The notes: generated by a model from the sequence alone, not told the origin. DNA of 60,868 nucleotides, filler included, from Schmidtea polychroa (GCA_044892525.1; 3 parts of 3 records of this genome joined end to end with filler, not necessarily neighbours in it), one strand, 5' to 3'. Numbered from the whole stretch's first letter, positions 35,128-47,210 are shown. Numbers and translations are program-made.

Positions 35128-36445
35128 TAGGGTTCGGAATCCCGGGATCCCGCAATTTTTAGCAATCCCGAAATCCCGGGATCGAGCACTTGATCCCGGG
35201 ATTTGACTTTTTAAGCCTAAAAGGAAAAATACCTTACAGTTTCCTTAAAAATTCTTTAAAACAATCGTTTTTGGTTGAACATTTTCAAATTTAAATTTTT
35301 TCGGTTGAGATTTGAATTTTGTCATATAGAAAATACTTGGAATTTTTTTTGCATTCAAATTCTTAAAATATATAAATTTTAAAAATCGAAATTCTTGGAA
35401 CTTTTTTTTTCAATATTCAATTTGTAATTATATTCTTAAAATTTTTTGTTGGCGCTCAGACGTAATTAGTATATAATTGTTTTCACGTGTTATTGTTTTT
35501 GATTATTTTAAAGTGTAGATTTAATTAAACTATCATTCGCACTATTTGAACAACAAATTTTAAAAATATAATGGCTTCTTACATAGACCATGAAAAGAAA
35601 AGTAATTCTGCTGTTTGGAAACATTTTTTAAGAGAAGAAAAAGGACAGACAGCGATGTGTAAGTATACCGACAGCAAAAAAATTCTAAAAATTGGGGGTG
35701 GGTCAACGAAAGGTCTCCATACGCATCTACTTTTCTCTTGAACAACCTTTAACTATTGCAGACGAGCTCAATAAAGCTATAAAACAAGCACATTTTCCGA
35801 GGATGCCAATTCGATGTGAGATGCTGTCAGCGAAAATTCAAAAGGAAATGGTATTGTTTGAAAATGGAGGAACACGTGGTGATTTTTTGCAAAGAGCGTA
35901 TGATTTTCTAATGACAATCAAACCAACCAGTGTAGAGTCCGAACATGCCTTTTCTGCGGCCGGACTATTTGCAACGAAAATAAGAAGTCGTATGGGCGAT
36001 GAAACTTTGGATGCACTATGCTTTCTTAAAAGTTATTTTAAAAATAACAAAGAATAATTAGGTATTTTTTTATAATTATTTAATAATTAAAAATGTAACT
36101 TTAACAATGAACTCTTCATAATTTATTAATTAAGAATATTATAAACATAATGAATTTGATGTATAATATTATAAAAACATTTATTTTCTTTATAATTTAA
36201 TAAACTATTTTTTATAAACTTATTTTTGAATGTGTCATTTTTTTTAAATACCTGTTCTTGAAATATATTAACGGGATTTTTAAATACCTGTTCTTGAAAT
36301 ATATTAACATATTATTTAAAAAAAATTAATCTCTTTCTTTTTCTATTAATTTGGTTAAAATAGTATGTTAATATATTTCAAGAACATGTATTTAAAAATC
36401 CCGAAATCCCGGGATTGAAAATATAGCACGGGATTGCCAACCCTA
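35128..36445 (+). mobile_element. Internally deleted hAT DNA transposon (1318 bp)
   Basis: Perfect 8-bp TSD GGCATAAA (35120-27 and 36446-53). TIRs TAGGGTTCGGAATCCCG and TAGGGTTGGCAATCCCG. A BED-finger remnant from ATG 35571 (SAVWKHF...AMCKYTDSKKILKIGGGSTKGLHTHL) is joined to the hAT dimerisation domain (PTSVESEHAFSAAG...RSRMGDETLDALCFLKSYF). Confidence 0.93.
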
Positions 36446-37180
36446 GGCATAAACATTAACATACACATGTAATGACTCCCTAACTATCCAATATATAACT
36501 TGCTTATAAGACCTATAATTTAACAAATGTTATACAACGTCTTGGACACGTCGCATCGACATTGTGTACAGATAGTAATCGACGTACATAGCATGTCATT
36601 CCTACACAAGTGATTATATGAATTTGGTTAAATTAATTAAACTCTATTATTATACACAGAATTGATATTATTAAATTATAGTTTTAACAAATTTAGAAGT
36701 AGAGTTTTTTATTTATTTTTGCTGTTGAACTATCTTCAATTTCTACTCCGAGTGTTGAAAAAGGCAGGCCCCAAATCTTGCGTTAAATATAAAACAAAAA
36801 TTGATATATTGTCTGAAATGAAATGAAGAAAAATTGAAATCTTTACTAGAAATCCAATTATTCGTGAATTCACAACGAAATGCATAAAAGTTATTTTCAA
36901 TAATTTTAAGACATTTATTAACGTGAAACACTTTTGAAGTCATAAGGTTCCTCTACCGACTCCGAAAGCCTAATTTGAAGAGTAAGAAAATGCTACAATT
37001 TTAATAAATCTCAAAAAATAGAGATTTAAGAGCATTTAGGGATGAAATTTTACAGATTTCATAATATATGTTCTTTATTGGATTACTAAAACTTATCAAT
37101 TTGTACAATTTAAATTATAAAATAAAGTAATGCAATTTATAACAATAAAATAAATGAAAACTTTGTAATTCATGTGATGT

Positions 37181-37803
37181 TTATTTTATATGTGTAATAG
37201 TGTTTAGATGATCCTGAAATGCTTTCTTTGCTTTCTCTTTATTGCAGTAATAAATAATCAAAGCAGATATGACTTCCTTTAGCTTTTTGTTTTCGCAATT
37301 GAATTCTACTTTGTTAACATGTAAAGATACAATTTTGACAAGTTTATATCTTATATTATTATTAAAGTCCATCGTGACAATGATTTGGACATGAAATTTG
37401 TCAGCAAAGACTTTCACTTCTTCCACATCCCAGTTCAATGAGTAAATCTTTACATTAGTTTTGAAAAACAATTTGTTTGTTTTAAAATTCATACGAACTG
37501 TAGCTTTTGGATAAATTTTATCATGTATCACTTTGATCTTGCCAAATACCTCTAACGAATTCGCTTTGAAAATTTTATTCATTTTAAATATCAAAATTTC
37601 AACCGCATCATTTGGGATTAAATGATTTTCCAGCAAATTTACGAAGGATTTTTTGATTTTTTTAGTATAAATTTCCTTTACTCGACTTTCTGAAATAATA
37701 ATTGTTTTAATTATTACCAATAAGTAAAAATATAACCGGTAGAATTTTCAAAGTTTTCAGCAATGGCTATACATAAAAGATAAAAAAATATCAGAAATTT
37801 CAT
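37181..37803 (-). CDS. Secreted Lys-rich protein, most diverged paralogue 3 of the TULIP-like cluster; exons 37803-37737 and 37689-37181; 191 aa
   Basis: Signal peptide MKFLIFFYLLCIAIA and a 47-bp phase-1 intron (37736-37690) in the same position as in paralogues 1 and 2. Similar length and alternating hydrophobic beta-strand pattern. Confidence 0.75.
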
Positions 37804-39074
37804 TGAAATTGGAATATAAATGAATATTTAAATTTAAAAATATATATATATATGTAAAAATAAATAAAAAGAATTTATTACCAAAATATGTCAGTCTGCT
37901 GGTATAGAATTCATGAGGTTAACATGGTTGTTTGAAACAAAAATATTGCATTCAATATTCTAGCAAAAATAATGTAGATTTAAAAATGCAACTTAAAACA
38001 TTTGCAATTAAAAATTTAAATGGCTGTCTTTCGAAAATGTGTAAAATTTTTGTTAATATGATAAATTTTATTTTTTGCAAAGAATATTATCTTATAATGA
38101 AAGTGGGTAAATTTGAGTGAATTCACCTTCGAAGACAAAAATAATTGGATAATAATATTCACATACATTTTATTAATTTTAATATTATGAAATATGGTGG
38201 GCAACTGCAGGTATGCGAGTCGAATATTTTTCACGCAAGCCTTTTTACGGCCCCCAAAACATTTGAAAATTGTGATAAAAATGAAATTGAAATCGGAATC
38301 GGTTCATTTAATTACCAAATACAATGAATAATATACATAAAGAAAGCAGAGGAAAAATGAGTAAAAAAGATAACGATGAAAAAAATTTAATAAATTACAT
38401 ATTAAATTCTTATTTTGTTGAATGAATTTGGTGACTCCGTTTATTTTTCAGTTTGATTTCAAAGAAACTTTTAGAAATTTATTATAGGTTTATGACAAAT
38501 TTCTTATAAAAATTCTAATATTGAAAGTATTAGAAAATCCTAAAATTGTTTTAATAATCAATTCGTTGTAATAATCGTAACTTTTCACTGGGAGTTTTAA
38601 ATTGTAATGCATCTGTTTTTTAAATGCAATATAATTTAAATAAGAAAGGTTTGACTTTATTCTTGCAAGGAAGAATGATAACTAAATATTACACAATTAA
38701 TTAAACTAACCTATTACATAACAATCAAGATCATTGTTTTAGAATGTTGATATGTATTTTATGTGTGTTTTAGGTATTCTGAACAATTAATTAATAAACC
38801 AAAAAAGTCTTATTTTAGATATTATGCAATGAAGAGCTATATAATGGCGTGTTGAAGATTTGTTTTGGATTATAAAATACAAAAGCTTATAACAAAATAA
38901 GTAATATTTTATAAGAAAAAAGTTAAAATCAGTTGAGAGGCTAAAATATTTTCCATATAGATAATATAATTGTCAGTTAATTAATTGTAATAGTAGATGG
39001 ATTGGGCACCGCTGGCACAGGGCACCGCTAGCACAGTACCCCCCGGTCGTAAAAATTTTTTAAAAATTTTTTTA

Positions 39075-39385
39075 CAAGGTCAAATTTTAAACAAAGACAT
39101 GACTCATCAAGGTCATTTAAACAAAGACCATGACTCATCAAGGTCGTATGACTCATCCGATGAGACATAAAAATTTTCAAGGTCATTGAAACAAAGACCA
39201 TGACTCATTCAAGGTCATATGACTCACCCAAGGTCATTCTCAAGATCATATGACTATTACTATGACTCATCAAGGTCAAAAAAATTTTGAAGGTCATTTT
39301 CAAGGTCACCTGAATCATCCTATGACTCATCCAAGGTCATTCACAAGGTCATATGAGTCATCGCAATGAGTCATCAAGGTCATAT
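39075..39385. repeat. Cluster of interspersed CAAGGTCA and ATGACTCA/TGAGTCA motifs
   Basis: About 12 AAGGTC(A/G) and about 9 TGA(C/G)TCA in ~310 bp, irregularly spaced, next to an N gap. Confidence 0.85.
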
Positions 39386-40228
39386 TATTATTTTTTAAAA
39401 ATATTATTATTTTTATTATTATTTTTTAAAAATATTATTATTTTTATTATTATTTTTAAAAAATATTATTATTTTATTTTTAATTTTTATCAAAGTTCCC
39501 GCCAACAAAAATTATTCATCGATAGCTCATTTTAAAGCTCAATCCAAGACCTTTCGAATGAGCCATATATTATGTTATTCNNNNNNNNNNNNNNNNNNNN
39601 NNNNNNNNNNNNNNNNNNNNNNNNNNNNNNNNNNNNNNNNNNNNNNNNNNNNNNNNNNNNNNNNNNNNNNNNNNNNNNNNNNNNNNNNNNNNNNNNNNNN
39701 NNNNNNNNNNNNNNNNNNNNNNNNNNNNNNNNNNNNNNNNNNNNNNNNNNNNNNNNNNNNNNNNNNNNNNNNNNNNNNNNNNNNNNNNNNNNNNNNNNNN
39801 NNNNNNNNNNNNNNNNNNNNNNNNNNNNNNNNNNNNNNNNNNNNNNNNNNNNNNNNNNNNNNNNNNNNNNNNNNNNNNNNNNNNNNNNNNNNNNNNNNNN
39901 NNNNNNNNNNCGAGTCTATCCGTCAAAATATTTTGTACCCCTATGGGTAATGCTCACAAGGGTACTGCTCACGCTCAACAACTCACAAGGGTATTATTAA
40001 ACAAATCAACAAAACATACATTTATTTTGAACAATAAAATAATGTAAAATTATCAAAGGTAAACTAAATATTGATGTACTAGTCAATATTGTTTGAAATT
40101 GGTAACGTTGAATTCATTTGACTTTGATATTGTATTGATTTGTATTGAGAACTTACATGTATATAGTATGATATTCATTAATCAGTGTTGAACAGGCTTG
40201 ACACTTGTGAACATTCTTTTCGTGACAC

Positions 40229-40540
40229 TTAGACCAAACAATTACGTGACCACACGGTAAATACATCGTTCAGTTTTTTCGTTAGCTTATTTTCAATCAA
40301 ATCGGCTTTTGCTATCCATTCATAAATCAATCTACTATATCCCGGTTTCAACCTTAAATACATACAACTCCAAAAGTATTCATTCAGTGAATCGTTGTTT
40401 ACCGCTATTTTTTCTAAGTACATTAAATAACTAGATAACTTTAAAATGCATTTATCATAATTAAATAAATCAATCAAATATTCAATAGAGGAATGTTTGA
40501 AAATTTTGAAAATATTTATGATTTGCTTATCACTGTAAGT
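40229..40540 (-). CDS. Possible exon of an unidentified gene cut by the scaffold end
   Basis: About 100 stop-free codons in very AT-rich DNA (NNHDTYSDKQIINIF...KLTKKLNDVFT), with a GTAAGT donor further downstream. No homology recognised. Confidence 0.3.
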   Translation of the reverse strand, partial: TYSDKQIINIFKIFKHSSIEYLIDLFNYDKCILKLSSYLMYLEKIAVNNDSLNEYFWSCMYLRLKPGYSRLIYEWIAKADLIENKLTKKLNDVFTVWSRNCLV

Positions 40541-40574
40541 ATCATGATTATTTATAAAATCTTCAACTGTGTTG

Positions 40575-40674
40575 NNNNNNNNNNNNNNNNNNNNNNNNNN
40601 NNNNNNNNNNNNNNNNNNTTAATTAATTAANNNNNNNNNNNNNNNNNNNNNNNNNNNNNNNNNNNNNNNNNNNN
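40575..40674. other. Artificial scaffold spacer (N44-TTAATTAATTAA-N44)
   Basis: Linker at 40619-40630, 100 bp in total. Confidence 0.97.
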
Positions 40675-41000
40675 TAAATAATAAATCGAAATTAATAAAA
40701 TAATAATAAATAATAATAACAATAAAATAATTAAAAATGATATAATAAATAATTATAAATAAAGTTATAAAAAAATAATACAAAATAAATATTAAATATA
40801 AAAATTAAATATTAAATTAAAATTAATAAAAATAATAATATTAATAATAATAACAATAAAATAATTAAAAATGCTATAAATAATTATAAATAAAGTTATG
40901 CGTGTGTGCTCATAGGCCAACTACAATAACCTATCAACATCCATTGACATTCATTATTTTATTTTTAGTATTCTTTTAAATCATTGATTTTAATTGTCCT

Positions 41001-41697
41001 TCAATTGTAGAATATGAAATCTTAAATAGAAATAATATAATGGAAAGGGGATTGTAATTGTAATTTATCGGCGAGAAATGCTGAATATAAAATACTCACT
41101 CACCTTTGAGCGCTGCATCTGAAAAATCTCGAACATCAATGTCTAGGGAGCTTGAGCTCAGTTTTTTGAGAACTGGAACGAGCTGCTTGTGGAGAAAGCT
41201 AAGGGAAAAGGAGAATTAAACTTTTCATAATTTCTACTCTCTATATCAATACTTTTTATCGAGGTAGCTCGACAGTAGCTTAATGCTTCGAATGGCCGAT
41301 ATTTGTACATTAAACACTTGATCTTTTGCTATCATTGCCAATAGGAGCTCATTTACGTGATTGGTGAGAAAGCTCGTCAACAGATCGCTTTTCGATTCTT
41401 TCGGCTGTGATTTACAAATCGCCTGAGACAAATTATGGATATTAACGATTATATTTCAGCGAATTTAAGTTTTCATACTTCAATTAAGAAACACCAACAT
41501 TGTCGCAAATGATAATTGACATCTTCGAACAATTCTTTGAAAATAGGAGCTTTGACAAGTTTCTCTGTCAACAGACTCGGAAATCTACCTGTTATTGATC
41601 CGATCAATTCACAGGTTCCCTGTCGGATGTTCCAAACAGGGTCCCGAAGCCATGAAAGAGTTGTGGGTAGCAAGGTATCTCTGCAGCAAGCTTCATC
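41001..41697 (-). CDS. PPP2R1A: PP2A scaffold subunit A-like gene, 3' exons 41697-41479, 41422-41253 and 41198-41104, plus an uncertain terminal exon (stop about 41001)
   Basis: LSWLRDPVWNIRQG aligns with MAWLVDHVYAIREA; FEDVNYHLRQ with SGDPNYLHRM; KDQVFNVQIS with GDPVANVRFN; LVPVLKKLSSSSLDIDVRDFSDAAL with [24 protein letters not shown]. GT-AG introns of 56 and 54 bp, phase consistent. Confidence 0.85.
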
Positions 41698-42141
41698 CTG
41701 CATAAACATGTTTTGATTCTTTTCACCACAAATTATAATATATATATCGTGATAGGAAGCACAGTGTATTGACATTCTACATTTCAAATAACCACCCAAA
41801 ATGGTGAAAATAAAGTCTATTTGTAGGATTTACAAGAGAAAGGTTTGTTCAAAAATATAAATCAAACTGAAGATTAATAAAGACTAGTTGCAACCGGTGA
41901 ATATCCACGGAGATAAAATTATTTACATATTTATATTATAATTGCAATAATATATAGATCGATAAAAATATAATTGTATTGATTGATGACAAACAAACGT
42001 ACGTTTTTTGCCTATTTATATACTAATTTCATAAAATTTCTTATCAAACGCAAACCATTATTCATTAATAAAACAATCTTAAAATATCAAACAAAAAGTA
42101 AATATAATATTAATTTTAATCATTTAACTAATAAACATATA

Positions 42142-42357
42142 CCGTATTTTAGCGCATATAACGCGCACGTTATACGCATTTTTACAAACCGTGCACCCCC
42201 CATGCGCGGTATCTGTGGGTGCGCGCTTTATGATTTATATTTTACACGTGGCGGCATTGCCAGTGGAAATATTTTTATGATGTGACAGTAACCCTACCAT
42301 CGGTTTTATTGTTTATTGTAATCAGATACCGTGCGCGTTATATGCGCTAAAATACGG
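42142..42357. mobile_element. Tc1/mariner (Tc2/pogo-like) MITE
   Basis: Perfect 27-bp TIR CCGTATTTTAGCGCATATAACGCGCAC with its reverse complement, and TA on both sides. Confidence 0.9.
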
Positions 42358-43831
42358 TAATGGGGGTCCAAAAGTTTAAAACGGCTGGGAATAAAGTAGT
42401 CAATCCTTGATTCCCGGTACGGAAATATCTTGAATTTAGGAATTTCGGTTCTGACAATTTTTGTTTTATTTTGTGTTTATTTGTAGTTTTCTTGAAGAAA
42501 AAATTTTCTTAAGTCTTTTTATGTTAGTTTTTTAATAATACTCAAATAATAACTAATCTATTTAAACTTCTGTTTTTTTTTCATTTTAGATCTCTTTTTA
42601 ATTCCGATACTAGTACTAGAATAATCCGGTATTGGATGCTCTTATTGGGAATCAGTAGATAAGATTACAATCACATTCTACGAATATTCAATCAACAACA
42701 AATTTATTGAGTGTTTAAACTATTATACCATAATCTTATTGTGTCATTGCTTATAAATTGTGCATGTTCTAATAAATCTTTAGAAAAGCGGTTCTCGAAT
42801 TCATCAATATCAAATACTCCATAAATTCTTTCCATTCATAGCGGATTTAGATAATTATCATCGATTTTGATTAATTATTGAATCTTATTTTTTAAATTCA
42901 AAATTTAGATTAAAACTTTTTGAAACCAATACAAAGTAACTAAATGTAAATGGCAATTTTTATGTGAATGTCAAATGATTCCCTATTGTAACTGTTGCCC
43001 AAGGGATTTTTAAATCCTCTTCGTTAATATTTAATATTTTCCTCATCAGTGGATTAATTTGAATGGACAATTATGGAGCAGTGTTATTCTGTAATTTAAT
43101 CATCCCAGCAAATATCATATCATCATATCTCCCCTGGTCTAGTAAGCTCATAAACATAAAAATAATGATTTAGGTGATTATTTGTCCAACTAAAATATTA
43201 TTAGTCTTCTACTTGGTTGTAATTTCAGATATTTATTTTGGTGGATATTTCTGATAGAATACTCATATTTATTATCCTTGGAACAGACATTTACTTTCTA
43301 TTCTTCGCAGTGGCTGATCCATATGGGGGGGGGCGATGAGAGGCGATCCTCCTATTATATTATTTGGAAAGAAATTTCTTTAGTGATTTTTACTTGGCTT
43401 TTGCAGCCCTTTATAAAGAAAGTATTTAAAATGTTCAAATTTTAATGTAGATATACACTGCTTTAAATTATATTTTGAAGTAATTTATAATTATTGAAAT
43501 TTGAAATACAATCATTTGATGAAGACTAGAGAGTTTAGTTGTTAGACTAGTAACGTACATAAAACCTTGATTTGTTGATTATTTTAACAATTTATAACAC
43601 GATTTTATGATTACAATTTCCGGACTATGTTTGAGTGTCATTCTTCTACTGTCTTAATCTATGTAATGTAACTATAAAATGATGTCATATATTGGTATCC
43701 CAATAGTTCGATTTAAAATACGCACCGCACAACTTTATTAAAATTCATATTACTCAATGACCTAATTTACTTCCGTTTTCAAACACCATGCTGTGTTAGT
43801 TAAAAATATAATAAATAGTAAATACAAATTA

Positions 43832-44052
43832 CAGTGGCGTGCAGTGGGTTTCATGCAGGGTGTGCAAAGAACAACAACAATAATAATAAAAAACCATAAA
43901 AATGTACATTAACTTTTTAATATTTTGTTGGTTGTATAATGTATACATTATATTATTATTGGTATTGCATTATATTATTATTGCAGAAAATTATTATCTT
44001 TCATAATTTTGCCAGGGTGTGCAGTGGACGGCATATGGACGGCACGCCACTG
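43832..44052. mobile_element. hAT-like MITE
   Basis: TIRs CAGTGGCGTGC and GCACGCCACTG. Flanks ACAAATTA and ACAGATTT match at 6/8. Confidence 0.75.
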
Positions 44053-44942
44053 ACAGATTTTTGGTCTTGCCTGCGGTTGCCACTAAAAGTCGCCCCTCCT
44101 TTAGTAGATGGTCTGGATCCGTCCCCGATGCTATATTGTAGGTATATTTGCTCCATTTACAAATCAGGATATAAGCTGATTTGTGAATGAAATATTTTGA
44201 ACATTTCATCAGACATTTCCGAAATAATGATCAAACTATTAATATCTTAGATAAAAGCTTGAGATGCGCAACATATTGAAAAGCATAAACTATTCGATTA
44301 CATTCTTGTTAGTATATATAGGCGCTTTATAATACCACCTTTTCATATTGATTCAGCTTTTATTTAACACTTAGTTTTGCTAAACACATTAGTAAATATT
44401 ACAAACGTCATTTTGCAGTGATGTTAAACTAACAAAAAAGATAATTAGATGAAAATTTCTTGATTTTCTTCATTTCTGTATAAACATCTCAAAATCACAA
44501 AATCCCAATCCCGCCTTGCCTTACAAAATTCAATAATAAAAAGAGAAAATGAAAAAAAGTAATAAACGTTCTAGAAAAGCGAAATTTTATGTTATTTTTT
44601 TCGGATAAAAATTTTGATATTTGTTTCTCATTAGTATAGTAATCAGAACAATTAGAAGTTTAACGTTTTTAATTTGAAAATTTGAATACATTTATCTACC
44701 TTTTACTCATAATTTGAAATTTATATATCCGGACATACAATTTAATCAATTTTCTGGCTTCATTTGTTTATTTCAGGGGTTCTTAACCTTTTTCAAAGCC
44801 CGTGCCCTTTTGAATTTTATAAAGTGATTTAGCACCCCTAAATTTGGCGGGGATCCCAGGTTTAAATTAAACGCCATAATCAAAAATATAGATGAATTCT
44901 AAGTTTAATATGACGAATTATAACAATCTGAAATTTGAAAAA

Positions 44943-45467
44943 TCTAATATATAAAGATGAAAGTTTGTTTGTTTTCTATAGAATTCCCACCCGTTGGAAC
45001 TAGGGTGCAGAAATTTTGCATGTGGCTCTTATTTTACTTGGGACAGGTTATAGGCTATGTTTCACCCCCAGGATACCTTTAGTCCGTTTTTTGTCTGTCC
45101 TGTCAGCAATTTACCATATAAATAATAATTTATTATATGCTTCCTACTTGCAGTTGAAAATAATATAATTTAGTCAAAAGTTTTCAAAGGAGAATTCAAA
45201 CTTGGAGAATTTGAATTTTATTTGATTATTGAACCAGTTTGCAATTGGAAAAATATTGCCAGTTATTTTTCAATTTAAATTGGAGTGCGTTTTCGATTTT
45301 ACAAATAGAAATTTATTTTGAAAGCTTTTCTTATTGTGAGTTAAATATGGAATTGAAGCTGTTATAAAATTTTTACTGGAACGTAATAAAATCATTAAAC
45401 AAAAAATTAATTTAAATGAATTATTATAATAAATGTAAACTCGGCCGAAGCCGGGTACAACAGCTAG
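44943..45467 (+). mobile_element. Non-autonomous Helitron (525 bp)
   Basis: 5' end A|TCTAATATATAAAGATGAAAG. 3' hairpin CTCGGC-CGAA-GCCGGG followed by ...CAGCTAG|T. Inserted between A and T without a TSD. Confidence 0.85.
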
Positions 45468-46959
45468 TATTTTATAATAGCAATTAATTTACACACAAAT
45501 TCACGATTCAAGACATCTGGTGTCGAAAATGGAACTTGTCAAATGAGGGGATATATGCTGCTGTTAGCATACAAGTAGAATTGGTAACATTGCACAGTAC
45601 GTCGACAACAACCACAACGTTCGTAAGTGATTTCGAAATAGTGCGGCAACACTAAATGTCACAAAACCTACTTCAATTTGATTCCCGCACCGTTAGTGGT
45701 TTATTTCGATAAATCATTCCAATTACTATTAACCCTTCATTTGTTGCGTCGGAAGTCACATGGGATACATTCGTATCCCACATTAATGTATTATTGAGAA
45801 TCAGAATGTGTTTAATTGGCATAGTCGAAAATTTTTTCATTAAATACATTATTTGCAGCAAAAGGATNNNNNNNNNNNNNNNNNNNNNNNNNNNNNNNNN
45901 NNNNNNNNNNNNNNNNNNNNNNNNNNNNNNNNNNNNNNNNNNNNNNNNNNNNNNNNNNNNNNNNNNNNNNNNNNNNNNNNNNNNNNNNNNNNNNNNNNNN
46001 NNNNNNNNNNNNNNNNNNNNNNNNNNNNNNNNNNNNNNNNNNNNNNNNNNNNNNNNNNNNNNNNNNNNNNNNNNNNNNNNNNNNNNNNNNNNNNNNNNNN
46101 NNNNNNNNNNNNNNNNNNNNNNNNNNNNNNNNNNNNNNNNNNNNNNNNNNNNNNNNNNNNNNNNNNNNNNNNNNNNNNNNNNNNNNNNNNNNNNNNNNNN
46201 NNNNNNNNNNNNNNNNNNNNNNNNNNNNNNNNNNNNNNNNNNNNNNNNNNNNNNNNNNNNNNNNNNNNNNNNNNNNNNNNNNNNNNNNNNNNNNNNNNNN
46301 NNNNNNNNNNNNNNNNNNNNNNNNNNNNNNNNNNNNNNNNNNNNNNNNNNNNNNNNNNNNNNNNNNNNNNNNNNNNNNNNNNNNNNNNNNNNNNNNNNNN
46401 NNNNNNNNNNNNNNNNNNNNNNNNNNNNNNNNNNNNNNNNNNNNNNNNNNNNNNNNNNNNNNNNNNNNNNNNNNNNNNNNNNNNNNNNNNNNNNNNNNNN
46501 NNNNNNNNNNNNNNNNNNNNNNNNNNNNNNNNNNNNNNNNNNNNNNNNNNNNNNNNNNNNNNNNNNNNNNNNNNNNNNNNNNNNNNNNNNNNNNNNNNNN
46601 NNNNNNNNNNNNNNNNNNNNNNNNNNNNNNNNNNNNNNNNNNNNNNNTCCAATTACACACGATATAAAGATTTCTGCCATTGTTTCTAGGATAAATATGA
46701 CACCGTATGTTTCTAATTTTGCGTGTCTTCGGTTCTGGAGCATTATTATCCGGAATTTCACCGGGGAAGAGAATTTAGTAGCTGTAGGGAATATAATTAT
46801 ATAGCAAATCAGAAACTTAATAAAAATCACGGCTTAGGAATAGTAAATGCCCACTAAGGCAACAAATGTAAGTAAGTAATATAAGTAACCCCGGGATACG
46901 CGCTTGTATGGCAATTGTATTGATCGCAATGGTTTAATAATAATTAATATTGAACTCAC

Positions 46960-47124
46960 CACAATCGGAATGATGAGCATGAGAGATGCAACAACTCCTG
47001 ATCGGATTCTCCAGTTCTTATCGGCGAATAATTTGAAAAGGCTAGGTAGAATAGTCAATTGTAATTCGCTAGGTGATATAAGGCCAATCAAGCCTTGGAA
47101 GTGCTCAAAAACATATTGCTTAGT
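46960..47124 (-). CDS. PPP2R1A: PP2A scaffold subunit A-like gene, isolated internal exon
   Basis: 165 bp, phase 0-0. TILPSLFKLFADKNWRIRSGVV aligns with [22 protein letters not shown]. Confidence 0.88.
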
Positions 47125-47210
47125 CTAGAAAAGATAATAAACAATAGTTAAAACATAAAGAAAAATAATATTTAAAAAAATGAAAAATTAATTAATATTA
47201 GAATATAGAC

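Noticed and set aside
40675-40900. Near-pure A/T tract with a duplicated ~110-bp segment (similar tracts at 51170-51560)
   Set aside because: Low-complexity sequence at a scaffold edge with no evidence of function.
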